Shown: positions 26,866 through 37,133 of the stretch, one piece after another
Layout of the letters: every line of letters begins with the position of its first letter
Numbering within the stretch: the stretch's first letter is position 1
Origin: Capsulimonadales bacterium
Lineage (GTDB): Bacteria; Armatimonadota; Armatimonadia; Armatimonadales; Armatimonadaceae
Length of the DNA stretch: 48,392 nt
Direction of reading: 5' to 3'
Assembly (NCBI GenBank): GCA_033762295.1
Contig: JANRLW010000002.1
Coordinates: forward strand, 1-48,392
Made by a program: the position numbers and the translations under genes
The notes under the pieces: generated by a model
What the model was told of the DNA's origin: nothing
Seen by the model: the letters and a program-made list of their open reading frames with translations, nothing else
The model's database searches: none

Positions 26866-29800
26866 AGGAAGACGCTTCGATCGGGCTGGCCGGACGTATC
26901 GCCGCCGCCTTTATCCGCTCCAAACTGACACCGCTGATCATTCTGGCATCGCTGGCTCTCGGTATCGCGTCCGTCGTTCGCCTGCCGCGCGAGGAGGAAC
27001 CGCAGATCATCGTCCCGATGATGGATGTTCTGGTCGCGATGCCGGGAACGACCGCGCGGGAGGCCGAGCAGCGACTGACCGTGCCGATGGAAAAACTCAT
27101 CAAGGAGATTCCGGGGGTCGAATATGTCTACACGACGACGACTCCCGGTCAGTCGATGGCGATCGTCCGGTTCTACGTCGGGCAGGACCAGGAGAAGTCC
27201 CTCGTCCGTCTGCGGGAGAAACTGCAATCGCACTACGATCGGCTCCCGCCCGGCGCGTCTCTGCCGATCATCAAGTCCCGCTCCATCGACGATGTTCCGA
27301 TCCTGGCCCTGACCCTGCATAGCGAACGGTACGACGCTCGTGCGCTCCGGACATTCGCCACGCGGGTCGAGACGGCGGTGAAGCAGGTTGAGGATGTGTC
27401 CGAAACGACCCTGATCGGCGGGCGGCGTCGGGAGATGACGGTGACGCCGGATCGCGCACGACTCGCCGGATTCGGCCTCACCGTGGACGGACTGTTGCAG
27501 GCGCTGAGCGGCGCGAACGAACGGGCGCAGATCGGAACCTTTTCCGCCGGGGACGCCGATATCTCGGTCAAAGCCGGTGCGTTCCTGCGGGATGCGGCGG
27601 ATGTTGAAAGCATCGTCGTCGGAACGAACCGCGATCGACCGATCTTCCTCCGTGAGGTGGCAACGGTCGCCGACGGCCCCGACGAACTGACGGCGGACGT
27701 CCGGTTCGGCTACGGCAAGGCGGCGGAACACGGGAAAAGCGGTCTGCAGCCCGCCGTGACGATCGCGGTCGCCAAGCGGCCCGGCACCAACGCCGTCGAT
27801 ATCGCCCACCGGGTCGAGGAAAAAGTCAAGAGCCTCCGGGGGACGCTGCTTCCCGCCGATGTCGATGTCACGATCACCCGAAACTACGGCGAGACAGCCT
27901 CCGAGAAGTCCGGCGAACTGCTGTTCCATATGATGATCGCCGTCGTTTCGGTGACCCTGCTGATCGCCTTCACCCTCGGTCGCCGGGAGTCCCTGGTCGT
28001 CGCCGTCGCGATTCCGGTGACGCTGGCTCTGACACTGCTGGTGTTCTATCTGTACGGATACACCCTGAACCGGATCACGCTGTTCGCCCTGATTTTTTCG
28101 ATCGGTATCCTGGTCGACGACGCAATCGTCGTCGTCGAAAACATCGTCCGGCACTATCGGATGACCGACACGCCGCGTCGTTCCCCGCTGCAGGCGGCGA
28201 TTCAGGCGGTGGACGAGGTGGGCAATCCGACGATTCTGGCCACCTTTACGGTGATTGCGGCGATTCTGCCCCTGGCGTTCGTCGGCGGATTGATGGGGCC
28301 GTACATGCGTCCGATCCCGATCGGGGCGTCGGCGGCCATGCTCTTTTCGCTGGTGATCGCGTTCGCAGTCACCCCCTGGGCCGCCGTTCGTCTCCTGCGC
28401 CGCTCCGGGGAGACGACGGGCGGGCCCGGAGGACACGGGTCGCACGACGACGACCTGCTGACCCGTCTCTATCGGCGGGTCATGACCCCGTTGCTACGCT
28501 CGCCCGGACTGCAAATCCTCTTCTTTGTCGGCGTGATGGGGTTGCAACTGGGCGCGTTCTACCTGCTGGCGAACCGTTCGGTCACCGTCAAGATGCTGCC
28601 GTTCGACAACAAAAGCGAGTTCCGGATAGTGGTCGACATGCCGACCGGCACGACTCTCGAGCGAACCGCTGCGGCGACTCGCGCGCTGGCCGAGTTCGTG
28701 GCGACCATTCCGGAGGTGGAGAACTATCAACTGAACATCGGAACGACCGGTCCGTACGACTTCAACGGCCTGGTCCGCCACTACTACCTGCGGAATCAGC
28801 CGAATCAGGCGGATATCCAGGTCAACCTGTTGCCCAAAACGAAGCGTAAGGCATCGAGCCACGACATCGTCCGGCGGATACGCCCGGAGGCGGAGCGCAT
28901 CGCGAAGGCGTGGGGGGTCCGTCTGAAGATCGCCGAGATACCGCCCGGCCCACCGGTGCTGCAGACTCTGGTCGCCGAGGTCTACGGCCCGACGGAGGAG
29001 CGACGCGCCGAGATCGCCGCCGAGGTGAAACGGATTTTCGAGACGACCGAAGGCGTTACCGATGTCGACTGGTATCGCGATGACGATCAGACCAATGTCC
29101 GCTGGGAGGCGGACCGGGAGAAGGCGGCATTGCAGGGCGTCGATGTGCGCTCGATCAATCGGACCCTCGCGACGGCGCTCGGCGGGAATGATGCCGGTCT
29201 GTTCCACGACGAAACCTCGCCCGAACCGATCCCGGTGCGGGTACGACTCTCCCGCTCCGAACGAAGCGACCCGGATACCCTGTCCTCCGTCTTCGTCGCC
29301 GCACGGGACGGTCGACTCATCCCGCTGTCCGAACTGATCCGCCCGGTTCCCGCCGTGATGGAGAAGGCGATCTATCACAAGAACCTGATGCCGGTCATCT
29401 ACGTCACCGGCGATGTCACCGGGCGACAGGAAAGCCCGGTCTATGCCATCTTCGCGATGAATGAGAAACTGCGGCGTCTATCCCTGCCGGAGGGGGGCGA
29501 ACTGAAGATTCTGAACATCGCCATGCCGTTCGTGACCGAACGACCGGTGATGAAATGGGACGGCGAGTGGCATATCACGCTGGAGGTCTTCCGGGATATG
29601 GGAATCGCCTTCGCCGCGGTCCTGGTCCTGATCTACCTGCTGGTCGTGGCCTGGTTCCAATCGCTGAAAGCGCCGCTCGTCATCATGGCGCCGATTCCTC
29701 TGACACTGGTCGGAATCCTTCCGGCCCACGCGCTGATGGGGGCGTACTTCACGGCGACGTCGATGATCGGCTTTATCGCCGGGGCGGGCATTATCGTCCG

Positions 29801-30098
29801 CAACTCGATCATCCTGGTCGACTTCATCGAACTGCGGTTACGGGAGGGGATGCCGCTGGAGGAGGCGGTGATCGATGCCGGGGCGACCCGGTTCCGACCG
29901 ATGCTGCTGACGGCGGCAGCGGTCATCGTCGGCTCCTTTATGATCCTGTTCGACCCGATCTTTCAGGGACTGGCCATCGCGCTGATGGCGGGCGAGGTCG
30001 CTTCGACACTGCTTTCACGACTGGCCGTCCCGGTGCTCTATTACCTGGTCCGGCGGAGGGAAAGTCTTCCTGCCCCGGCCTCGGAAGGAAAGGAATGA
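26862..30098 (+). CDS. RND efflux permease (AcrB/CzcA superfamily)
   Basis: [61 protein letters not shown] overlap with adaptor. Confidence 0.95.
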   Translation: MKEDASIGLAGRIAAAFIRSKLTPLIILASLALGIASVVRLPREEEPQIIVPMMDVLVAMPGTTAREAEQRLTVPMEKLIKEIPGVEYVYTTTTPGQSMAIVRFYVGQDQEKSLVRLREKLQSHYDRLPPGASLPIIKSRSIDDVPILALTLHSERYDARALRTFATRVETAVKQVEDVSETTLIGGRRREMTVTPDRARLAGFGLTVDGLLQALSGANERAQIGTFSAGDADISVKAGAFLRDAADVESIVVGTNRDRPIFLREVATVADGPDELTADVRFGYGKAAEHGKSGLQPAVTIAVAKRPGTNAVDIAHRVEEKVKSLRGTLLPADVDVTITRNYGETASEKSGELLFHMMIAVVSVTLLIAFTLGRRESLVVAVAIPVTLALTLLVFYLYGYTLNRITLFALIFSIGILVDDAIVVVENIVRHYRMTDTPRRSPLQAAIQAVDEVGNPTILATFTVIAAILPLAFVGGLMGPYMRPIPIGASAAMLFSLVIAFAVTPWAAVRLLRRSGETTGGPGGHGSHDDDLLTRLYRRVMTPLLRSPGLQILFFVGVMGLQLGAFYLLANRSVTVKMLPFDNKSEFRIVVDMPTGTTLERTAAATRALAEFVATIPEVENYQLNIGTTGPYDFNGLVRHYYLRNQPNQADIQVNLLPKTKRKASSHDIVRRIRPEAERIAKAWGVRLKIAEIPPGPPVLQTLVAEVYGPTEERRAEIAAEVKRIFETTEGVTDVDWYRDDDQTNVRWEADREKAALQGVDVRSINRTLATALGGNDAGLFHDETSPEPIPVRVRLSRSERSDPDTLSSVFVAARDGRLIPLSELIRPVPAVMEKAIYHKNLMPVIYVTGDVTGRQESPVYAIFAMNEKLRRLSLPEGGELKILNIAMPFVTERPVMKWDGEWHITLEVFRDMGIAFAAVLVLIYLLVVAWFQSLKAPLVIMAPIPLTLVGILPAHALMGAYFTATSMIGFIAGAGIIVRNSIILVDFIELRLREGMPLEEAVIDAGATRFRPMLLTAAAVIVGSFMILFDPIFQGLAIALMAGEVASTLLSRLAVPVLYYLVRRRESLPAPASEGKE

Positions 30099-30391
30099 AA
30101 ATGATCGTTCGAAACCGATACGTTCTCCCCGCAGTCCTGGGTCTGTGCGGCGTTGCGTTCCTGACCGGACCGTCGGTTCGGGCGCAAGGCGGACCACCGC
30201 CCGGACGCGGTCCCGGCGAGAAGGATATGCAGACGATCCATACGCTGTTCGCCGCGCACCTGGGAACCTGGGTCAATCCCTGGTGGTATGCGTTCACCGC
30301 CTTTGTCGGACTGAACCTGTTTCAGTCCGCCCTGACGAATTGGTGTCCGATGAAATGGCTTTTGGAAACGAGCGGAACGAAATCCGCCTGA
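30095..30391 (+). CDS. Chimeric small protein: signal-peptide N-terminus + C-terminal half of DUF2892 (YgaP-like); possible pseudogene fusion
   Basis: [31 protein letters not shown]...[12 protein letters not shown] then [35 protein letters not shown] overlap with RND stop. Confidence 0.7.
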   Translation: MKMIVRNRYVLPAVLGLCGVAFLTGPSVRAQGGPPPGRGPGEKDMQTIHTLFAAHLGTWVNPWWYAFTAFVGLNLFQSALTNWCPMKWLLETSGTKSA

Positions 30392-30414
30392 CCGCTCGAT
30401 TCGTCCGTCGTCAT

Positions 30415-30454
30415 GACGTGGGGATGTGGAGAGGTGGAGATGTAGGGATGTACG
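30415..30454 (+). repeat. Five tandem degenerate 8-mers
   Basis: GACGTGGG GATGTGGA GAGGTGGA GATGTAGG GATGTACG, then GATG containing the next start codon. Confidence 0.75.
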
Positions 30455-30455
30455 G

Positions 30456-30977
30456 ATGAAGCGACCGGAATTCTTCGCGCGAGGGGGAGGATGGGTGCTG
30501 GCGCAGGCAATCGTCCTGTTGCTGGTTTTCGGACTGCCATGGATCGCCGCCGGTCCACGCTGGCCTATTCCGACCGGAGCGGTCCCCCTGTTGCGTTTGG
30601 CGGGAGGACTGACCATCGCGGTGGGGGCGTTTTTTCTGGCGGCGGGGGTAGGGGCGCTCGGTCGACAACTGACGCCTCTGCCCGCTCCCGGTGAAGGAGG
30701 GACGCTGATCACGGAGGGCATATTCGGTCGGGTACGACATCCGATGTACGGGGGTATCCTTCTGACAGGCATCGGAACGGCTTTGGGGGACCCGACGCCA
30801 CTCCGGTGGCTGCTGACGGCGCTGTTGTGGACTTTCTTCGATCGGAAAGCGGCGGTCGAGGAGCGATGGTTGCGTCAGAGGTTCGGGTCCGACCGTTATG
30901 ACGCTTATGCCGCGCGGACCGGACGTCTCCTGCCCCGGATCACGGGGCACGTTCGGGAGCGACATCGAAAACGATAG
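30456..30977 (+). CDS. Isoprenylcysteine carboxyl methyltransferase / PEMT family membrane protein
   Basis: LTPLPAP, LITEGIFGRVRHPMYGG, KAAVEERWL, YDAYAARTGRLLP. Confidence 0.88.
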   Translation: MKRPEFFARGGGWVLAQAIVLLLVFGLPWIAAGPRWPIPTGAVPLLRLAGGLTIAVGAFFLAAGVGALGRQLTPLPAPGEGGTLITEGIFGRVRHPMYGGILLTGIGTALGDPTPLRWLLTALLWTFFDRKAAVEERWLRQRFGSDRYDAYAARTGRLLPRITGHVRERHRKR

Positions 30978-31001
30978 GAACGAAAGCAGGGAACGAAGGG
31001 A

Positions 31002-31616
31002 ATGGCGACTCATTACACGACCGAGATATGGGATCAGCGTTACGGCGGGGAGGAGTTCGCCTACGGGACCGCGCCGAACGATTTTCTGCGGGAGAACGCG
31101 CACCGGATTCCGACCGGACGCGTCCTCTGCCTGTGCGAAGGCGAGGGCAGGAACGGCGTTTTTCTGGCGGAGCGAGGTTACTCCGTGGTGGGCGTCGATG
31201 GCTCGGCGGTGGGACTGGCGAAGGCGGAACGCCTGGCCGCCGAACGGAGCGTCACGATCGAAACGATCGTCGCCGACCTGAACGAGTTTGAGATTCCGCC
31301 CGCCGCCTGGTCCGGCATCGTCTCGATTTTCGCGCACCTGCCGCATGCCCTGCGCCGTCGCCTTCACCGGCAGGCGGTCGACGGCCTGATGCCCGGCGGC
31401 GTTTTCCTGCTCGAAGCCTATACCCCCGACCAGATCGGTCGCGGGACCGGCGGACCGTCCGTCCCCGAACTGCTGCCGCGCTGGGACGACCTTCGCGACG
31501 AATTGGCGGGACTGGAGTTCCTTCTCGCCCGGGAGATCGAACGAGAGATCCACGAGGGACGGTTGCACGGTGGGAACAGTGCGGTCGTGCAGGTGGTGGC
31601 CCGCAAGCCGGAGTGA
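31002..31616 (+). CDS. Class I SAM-dependent methyltransferase (TehB-like)
   Basis: WDQRY..EFAYGTAPNDFL, VLCLCEGEGRNGVFLA, GVDGS, GTGGP. Confidence 0.9.
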   Translation: MATHYTTEIWDQRYGGEEFAYGTAPNDFLRENAHRIPTGRVLCLCEGEGRNGVFLAERGYSVVGVDGSAVGLAKAERLAAERSVTIETIVADLNEFEIPPAAWSGIVSIFAHLPHALRRRLHRQAVDGLMPGGVFLLEAYTPDQIGRGTGGPSVPELLPRWDDLRDELAGLEFLLAREIEREIHEGRLHGGNSAVVQVVARKPE

Positions 31617-31684
31617 CGATCCCCGGCGGTGTGCCGGTTCCTCGCCCGGCGTTTCCGGGCGAGGAACCGGACGGGCGAAGCTTC

Positions 31685-32002
31685 CTAACGTCGAATCGTG
31701 AAGTGCAGGATCACTTTGCCCTCGACGGCCTCCACTTCGGCCCGCTTCACCAGTCCGAGAAGCGTTTTGATCGGCAGGCGGCCGCCCTTCGGCTTTTCAC
31801 CCCCGGGAGTATCGTCGCCGGTGGGCATGATGTCCGCTGCCGGGGAGGCGGAGGCCCCGGACGCATCCGACGTCGCCTCGGCCAGAAAGGCGGTGATCGC
31901 CTCGTTAAGGATCGCCTGCTTCACCGGAACGCTGCCCGTCACTTCCAGCCCTTCCAGGTCCGCCAGACCGTTCGCCAGAATTCTATCGATCAGTTCTTTC
32001 AT
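31685..32002 (-). CDS. Hypothetical protein
   Basis: AAGGAAGG RBS; shares N- and C-terminal pattern with neighbour 32039-32560. Confidence 0.75.
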   Translation of the reverse strand: MKELIDRILANGLADLEGLEVTGSVPVKQAILNEAITAFLAEATSDASGASASPAADIMPTGDDTPGGEKPKGGRLPIKTLLGLVKRAEVEAVEGKVILHFTIRR

Positions 32003-32038
32003 AAGTGCCGTCCTTCCTTAAATATCGTCCATACGGTG

Positions 32039-32560
32039 TCAGATCGAGATACCGAACAGGACATACAGGATGCCCGGTCGGGTGGTGAATTGCAATACCC
32101 GGATCAGATCGGCCAGTTCTCCGGCATCGAGAGCGATGAGCGCCTCGCGTACGTGAATGCGGAGGGTGTTGCCCTCGACGGTCACCGCAGGGTCGGGGAG
32201 TTTCATCGCCCGCAGCAGGACGGTTCGTACCAGTTGCGCGGTCGGGCCGCCCAGAAATCCCAGGGAGCGCAGAGTCAGGAGACCGTCGCCCCGAAAGTCG
32301 ACCTCGCCGGAGAGTTCGAAGTCGAGTTTGACGTTCGGATGGAAGAAGCCGACCTGCGGCTGCAGATAGAGGGTGAAGCGGTTGTCGGGCAGGAGTCGTA
32401 TCTCCAGGCGACGGGTCGGCAGGTCGCGTTCCCGGCGCACCTGAGTGAACAGGTCGTTGAGCAGACCTTCCCGAAGCGGCAGACGACCGCTGACCGCCGA
32501 TCCCCGAAGGGCGGCGAACCGGTCGGCCCGCAAAAGGTTGAGGATCGTTTCCGCGATCAT
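32039..32560 (-). CDS. Hypothetical protein
   Basis: ATGA overlap with upstream 884-aa gene, CAGGAG RBS, beta-strand-rich. Confidence 0.75.
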   Translation of the reverse strand: MIAETILNLLRADRFAALRGSAVSGRLPLREGLLNDLFTQVRRERDLPTRRLEIRLLPDNRFTLYLQPQVGFFHPNVKLDFELSGEVDFRGDGLLTLRSLGFLGGPTAQLVRTVLLRAMKLPDPAVTVEGNTLRIHVREALIALDAGELADLIRVLQFTTRPGILYVLFGISI

Positions 32561-35211
32561 GCCCGCTCCTGAACGATCGTCACGGTCGCTTTACCCCGGA
32601 CGGTGAGGATCAACCGTCCTCCTTCGCGCCGAAACGCCGCGTTCGTCCGCTCGCTTCCGATCATGACACGTATCGGCGGTTGTGTCAAGCCCGTCACGAG
32701 AACCTGATAGGGGCCGTCCGGCCAGCCGGTGACGGTGAAGGCGTATTGCTTCGGCGGTTTCGGGACGGGGACGATCCGACCGGGGGCGTGGACGAACGGA
32801 CCGCCCGGCGCGAGCATCCGGCGTTCGTACAACGGACGACCGATGCTTCGCAGGTAAGGAACCTGCTGAGTCGCCGGATTGATGGCGACATCGTTCCGTA
32901 TCTGCCCCGGCAGGTGGAAACTGTCCGGGAGCAGCCCCTGCCGCGCCCGATCGCTGCCCGGAGACCCGGCTGCCGGCCAGGTTTGCTGAATCCCGGAGAC
33001 GACGATGCCGTCCGCCAATCGTTTCCAGATGCCTTGCGGATCGTGCACCGCGAGATCGTAGAGAGCGTTGGCGTAGACCAGGCCGCACCACTGCACCGGC
33101 AGTCCGATCCAGTTCGGGGCGACCCAGTGCGTCGCCCCGAGGACCGGGGTCGTGGCATAGACGCCGACCGGATGTTCGGGCACCGGGGCGCGCAGGTAGG
33201 TGAACGGAACCCCGGTCCAGGCCCAGTAACGCGCCTGTTCGAGGAAGGTGCGCTGTCCCGATAGCTCATAGCCGAGGACGAAGGCGCGGACGAGATGAGC
33301 GGACGCCAGAATGTCGGGCGTGTGCAGCGGGACTTCCCACGTCTGCGCCCCGCGCGGGACGCTGTCCCGGTAGGCCGCCGCCACACGTTTCAGTACGGCC
33401 AGCCCGTTCCGGCGCAGTTCCGGGTCGCCGGTCAGGACCGCCGCCTCGAGCACGGTCGCGATCGCCTCCCCGGAGATGCCGTTCGCATGGTCGGCAAAAT
33501 GCGTCGAACCGAAGTCCGGTCGCTCCGCCGTTTTCTCGTAACGAACCGTTCCGTCGGGCCGAAAACGGGTCAGCGCCTCACGGCCCCTCTGCCGCACCCG
33601 GTCCAGATTCTCGGGGACCTTGCCGTGGACGAGCGGCGCGGCGAACGTTCGCACATGCCCGATGCCGGAGAACGCCCGGTCGGCGGAGGGCACCTGCCGG
33701 ATCGCCGTTCGGGCCGCGCCTGTCAGTTCGGCGACGAGGTTCGGCGCAACTCCCAGAAGACGGGCCAGAACCGCCTGACAGAGCGCGGCGTCCGCCGCGG
33801 GACCCGCCCCGAAGTCGCCGGGATAGGCGTGCCGATACGCGTTTCCGACCCGGATGCGGGATGAGAGCCAGCCGGACGCCAGCAGATGCGCGACCGTCGG
33901 AACCGAATACGTCGCCGGAGGTTTCGGCAGCCCCGTCAGAGCGACATACGCTTTGACGGCTTCGGTGACGTTCGTGCCCGTGCCGCCGAGAAGGGTCGCG
34001 CGGACGACCAGCGGCGTGTTCGCCTTGAGAAGTCGCGAGGCGTAGGGCAGGACCCCGCCCGGCGGACGTTCGTGGTCGCCGAGGTTACCGGGGAGATGCA
34101 GCGCCATCACCTGACCGCCCGAACCGAAGCGGCGGTCCGGCGTGTCGAAGTACGGGGCGACCCACTCCGTCGGCTCCCAGGCCAGCGCCAGCCACCGCCC
34201 TCCCTGAACGAGCGCCATCAGGGGCAGGGTCAGCATATGAGGCAGCGGCATCTGACGTTGGGATTGCTCACCGCGCAGGTCCGCCTCGCTGCTGCTGGTA
34301 TCGGGCGCGTCCAGGTATTCCACCCCGGCGAAAAGCCCCTGCGCCTTCTTCGTCCCGAAACCGCCCATCCCGCAAAACAGCGTCAACAGGGGAAAGAATG
34401 CGAGGAAGCGGTCGGCGGAGACGGTCAGGGTAAGTCGAAGCCGGAGAACGCCGGGGCGCGGGTCGGTATCGATCCGCTGTTCGAACGTCCAGAGTCCGCC
34501 GTCGGCGTCGAGCGCCTGCCCGGTCACGGATTCGCCCGATCGTTTCCAGCTGAAAAAGCCTTTGTCCGGAACATACCGTGCGTCCATCCATTGCAGCGGG
34601 GCGTCGGGGCGCGTCTGATAGCCGATATACGGGCGATTGTTGCCGACGGCGAACAGTTGACCGTCGACGCCGACCGCGAAATGGCCCCAGCCTTCGGCGT
34701 GTTTGACGGCGAGCGGACCGTGGAGGACCGTCTGCACGACCGTCTCCGCGTTCGTCGGAACGGTCGGCGTTGGCCATGTCGGCTCGGTCAGCAGGACGCG
34801 CGGCGTGACGTCCATCCGGGAGATCACGGTGGCATCGCCGGCCCCGCCCGGCGGATCGAAGCGGAAGCGCATGGTCGGGGCCGGCAGCGGCGGCAACGGG
34901 ACCTTGATCTCGGTCGGGCGACCGCCGCGCACGGCAAAGCGCACCGAGTCCGGTTCGGACGGGCCGCCGTCGGCTCGGAAGTGGAAGATCTGTCCGAGGC
35001 CGTTGCGGTCCGCGGTGAGGCGGACGGTCAGCCAGAGCGGGATATTGGCGGGGACCGTGACGGGCGGGCCGACGGTATAGGGATCGCCACCGTTCGCCTC
35101 GATCCGCAGGCCGTTCGGGTCCGGCTTCAGAGCGGCGATGTCGTGCGTCGCCTGCCATCCCTGTCGCCCGGCGTCGGTTGTAAAATCGAAAAGAGGCGTT
35201 GTTGATTGCAT
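32557..35211 (-). CDS. Large hypothetical protein, possibly carbohydrate-active
   Basis: 884-aa ORF with GC-rich codon usage. N-terminus resembles a CBM-like module (GGDPYTVGP, LRFDP-like FRFDP). The aromatic-rich helical C-terminal part (AYE..G...FLEQARYWA-like) suggests an (alpha/alpha) barrel. Function is inference. Confidence 0.7.
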   Translation of the reverse strand: MQSTTPLFDFTTDAGRQGWQATHDIAALKPDPNGLRIEANGGDPYTVGPPVTVPANIPLWLTVRLTADRNGLGQIFHFRADGGPSEPDSVRFAVRGGRPTEIKVPLPPLPAPTMRFRFDPPGGAGDATVISRMDVTPRVLLTEPTWPTPTVPTNAETVVQTVLHGPLAVKHAEGWGHFAVGVDGQLFAVGNNRPYIGYQTRPDAPLQWMDARYVPDKGFFSWKRSGESVTGQALDADGGLWTFEQRIDTDPRPGVLRLRLTLTVSADRFLAFFPLLTLFCGMGGFGTKKAQGLFAGVEYLDAPDTSSSEADLRGEQSQRQMPLPHMLTLPLMALVQGGRWLALAWEPTEWVAPYFDTPDRRFGSGGQVMALHLPGNLGDHERPPGGVLPYASRLLKANTPLVVRATLLGGTGTNVTEAVKAYVALTGLPKPPATYSVPTVAHLLASGWLSSRIRVGNAYRHAYPGDFGAGPAADAALCQAVLARLLGVAPNLVAELTGAARTAIRQVPSADRAFSGIGHVRTFAAPLVHGKVPENLDRVRQRGREALTRFRPDGTVRYEKTAERPDFGSTHFADHANGISGEAIATVLEAAVLTGDPELRRNGLAVLKRVAAAYRDSVPRGAQTWEVPLHTPDILASAHLVRAFVLGYELSGQRTFLEQARYWAWTGVPFTYLRAPVPEHPVGVYATTPVLGATHWVAPNWIGLPVQWCGLVYANALYDLAVHDPQGIWKRLADGIVVSGIQQTWPAAGSPGSDRARQGLLPDSFHLPGQIRNDVAINPATQQVPYLRSIGRPLYERRMLAPGGPFVHAPGRIVPVPKPPKQYAFTVTGWPDGPYQVLVTGLTQPPIRVMIGSERTNAAFRREGGRLILTVRGKATVTIVQERA

Positions 35212-35653
35212 GAGATCGTTAACGAAAAGGTATCAACAACCGGGAAGAATGACGTTCCCATCTTCGACAGGCGCGAAATGAGCGATAGGAACCGGTTGTA
35301 AGAACGTCACCATCCCGTTCCCGCAAGGTTTCCTATTTCTCCCGAGGCTATTCCTCCTATGATAGCACGGAATGACCATCGGGCGGTTACCGGTCCCTTC
35401 CTCAGGCACAGATTAAATTCGGATCGAATCCCATTCGTTCAATTTCTTCCTCCCTTACTTGAATCCTGCCGTTTCCCTCTCGACTCCATAGGAGAAATAA
35501 TACGTCTAACGTGCAGGCTATTGCGGTGCCAGAATGAAGGCGGACTGCGACGCACGGCAGCGGTGACGAATGCGTAAGGAGTGTGCTGAAGGCTCTGACG
35601 TATCCTTCAGCACTTCGTGTCACGGGTATTCAGCCGAAAGTTTTGGAAGGCAC

Positions 35654-36310
35654 ATGGCTAAGTTTTCAAACTTCTTCGTACTCCTCTCCTTTATAGCTCT
35701 GGTTAGTGCCGGCTGTCAGTCGGGAAGTGATGGTCAATCGAAAAGTGACTATGTTCCCATGTTGGATCAGGCAACTCTGGATGCTATGAAGAAAGATGCG
35801 GAAACTTATCGGTACATGCGTGGTGAAGATCTGGAGCGTTTGAAGCGGATGTCGAATGCTATCGTCAACCAGGAACGTGATCCGACAACGGAGGAGGTGC
35901 GCTACGCGCTTTCCGTCACCCGACAGGCGGAACGTTCCGTTAACGTTCTGCTTTGTAAACGGTTAAATTATGATTACTCACTCCATGTGATTACGATGGG
36001 CGATTCCGTTCCTGAGGCGGTTCGGGAGGAGGTATTTCAGTTCGGCGTTCGCCTTTCACAGATGACCTGGGACAACCAGAAGGGCGTAATGCCCAAAGAG
36101 ATACCCGACACACCCGAGAACCGAAAAGAAGTGATCGATAGTTACCTCTTCCAGGCATCAGAAATGTTGCGTGCGTCCGGCGACCCACGAGCCATACCCT
36201 ATCTCAAAAAATTGAGCGCTTTTCCGTCGCCTGTGGACGAAAAGGCTGGGAGGGAGCTTAAGAATTTGCGAACGATATTGGAGAAACGAAAGAAGGGAGA
36301 AAGCAGATGA
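35654..36310 (+). CDS. Hypothetical lipoprotein (AT-richer islet)
   Basis: GGAAGG RBS, MAKFSNFFVLLSFIALVSAG|C lipobox, HEAT-like GDPRAIPYL near C-terminus. Confidence 0.75.
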   Translation: MAKFSNFFVLLSFIALVSAGCQSGSDGQSKSDYVPMLDQATLDAMKKDAETYRYMRGEDLERLKRMSNAIVNQERDPTTEEVRYALSVTRQAERSVNVLLCKRLNYDYSLHVITMGDSVPEAVREEVFQFGVRLSQMTWDNQKGVMPKEIPDTPENRKEVIDSYLFQASEMLRASGDPRAIPYLKKLSAFPSPVDEKAGRELKNLRTILEKRKKGESR

Positions 36311-37095
36311 TTCGGTGGATTCCGCGCTTGATAACGGCGTCGGGTTTGTTGCGGACGGGCCGGAGAATGGCTACCACAAGACCATTATACCGGCAACGCA
36401 CTAAATTCTATAGCCAACCGGTAAAGCGAGGAATTGCGTTTTCGTTAATCGAATTGCTCGCGGTGGTCGCCATAATAGCTCTGGTCACCGCCATCACGTT
36501 CGCAGTTTTCATGCAAAGCCGGACAAAAAGTCGAGAAACCGTATGCCTTTCCAACCTGCGGCAAATCGGCCTGGGAATCCTCGCCTATGCTCAGGATTAT
36601 GATGGCGGATTGCCTCCATCCGGAAGTCCTATTGATCTCAAGACGACGCTCTGGAGCAGTATTTATGCGGAAATTAAGACCATGAAACCGCTACCGGAAT
36701 TATTGGCTCCCTATATAAAACAGAATGATCTTTGGCGGTGTCCGTCCGATGTCGGTTTTGACCGTAGCGGCTGGGTCGAAGAGGTGTATTTCCCGTCGTA
36801 TCCCTCGTCATTTCAGGCCCATGGGACCTCCTACTTTTACAATATGTTTGCATACCTGGAGGGAAAATCGCTCGCGAATATGCGAGTGTACGACCCTGCA
36901 CCGCCGCACGCCGAACACGGAGCATCGGTCGTCAAATTGATGGCGGATGGATCCGGACGGTGGCATGGAGGAAAAAGTCCGAAGGACCATCGTTTCGGTT
37001 GCCTGTTCGCCGACGGTCATGTCCGGTTCGTTAGCCGTGACCAGATGAGCGAGATCGAAGGACGGACGTTCGGTTCCCCCCCTCCCTCTCCATAA
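36307..37095 (+). CDS. DUF1559-like prepilin-type protein (start 36307 or 36367)
   Basis: GIA|FSLIELLAVVAIIAL, CLSNLRQIG, YAQDYD, WRCPSD, CLFADGHV. Confidence 0.88.
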   Translation: MIRWIPRLITASGLLRTGRRMATTRPLYRQRTKFYSQPVKRGIAFSLIELLAVVAIIALVTAITFAVFMQSRTKSRETVCLSNLRQIGLGILAYAQDYDGGLPPSGSPIDLKTTLWSSIYAEIKTMKPLPELLAPYIKQNDLWRCPSDVGFDRSGWVEEVYFPSYPSSFQAHGTSYFYNMFAYLEGKSLANMRVYDPAPPHAEHGASVVKLMADGSGRWHGGKSPKDHRFGCLFADGHVRFVSRDQMSEIEGRTFGSPPPSP

Positions 37096-37133
37096 CCTTC
37101 AGTGATTCCCGGGTAGTACGTCGGAGAAAAACG

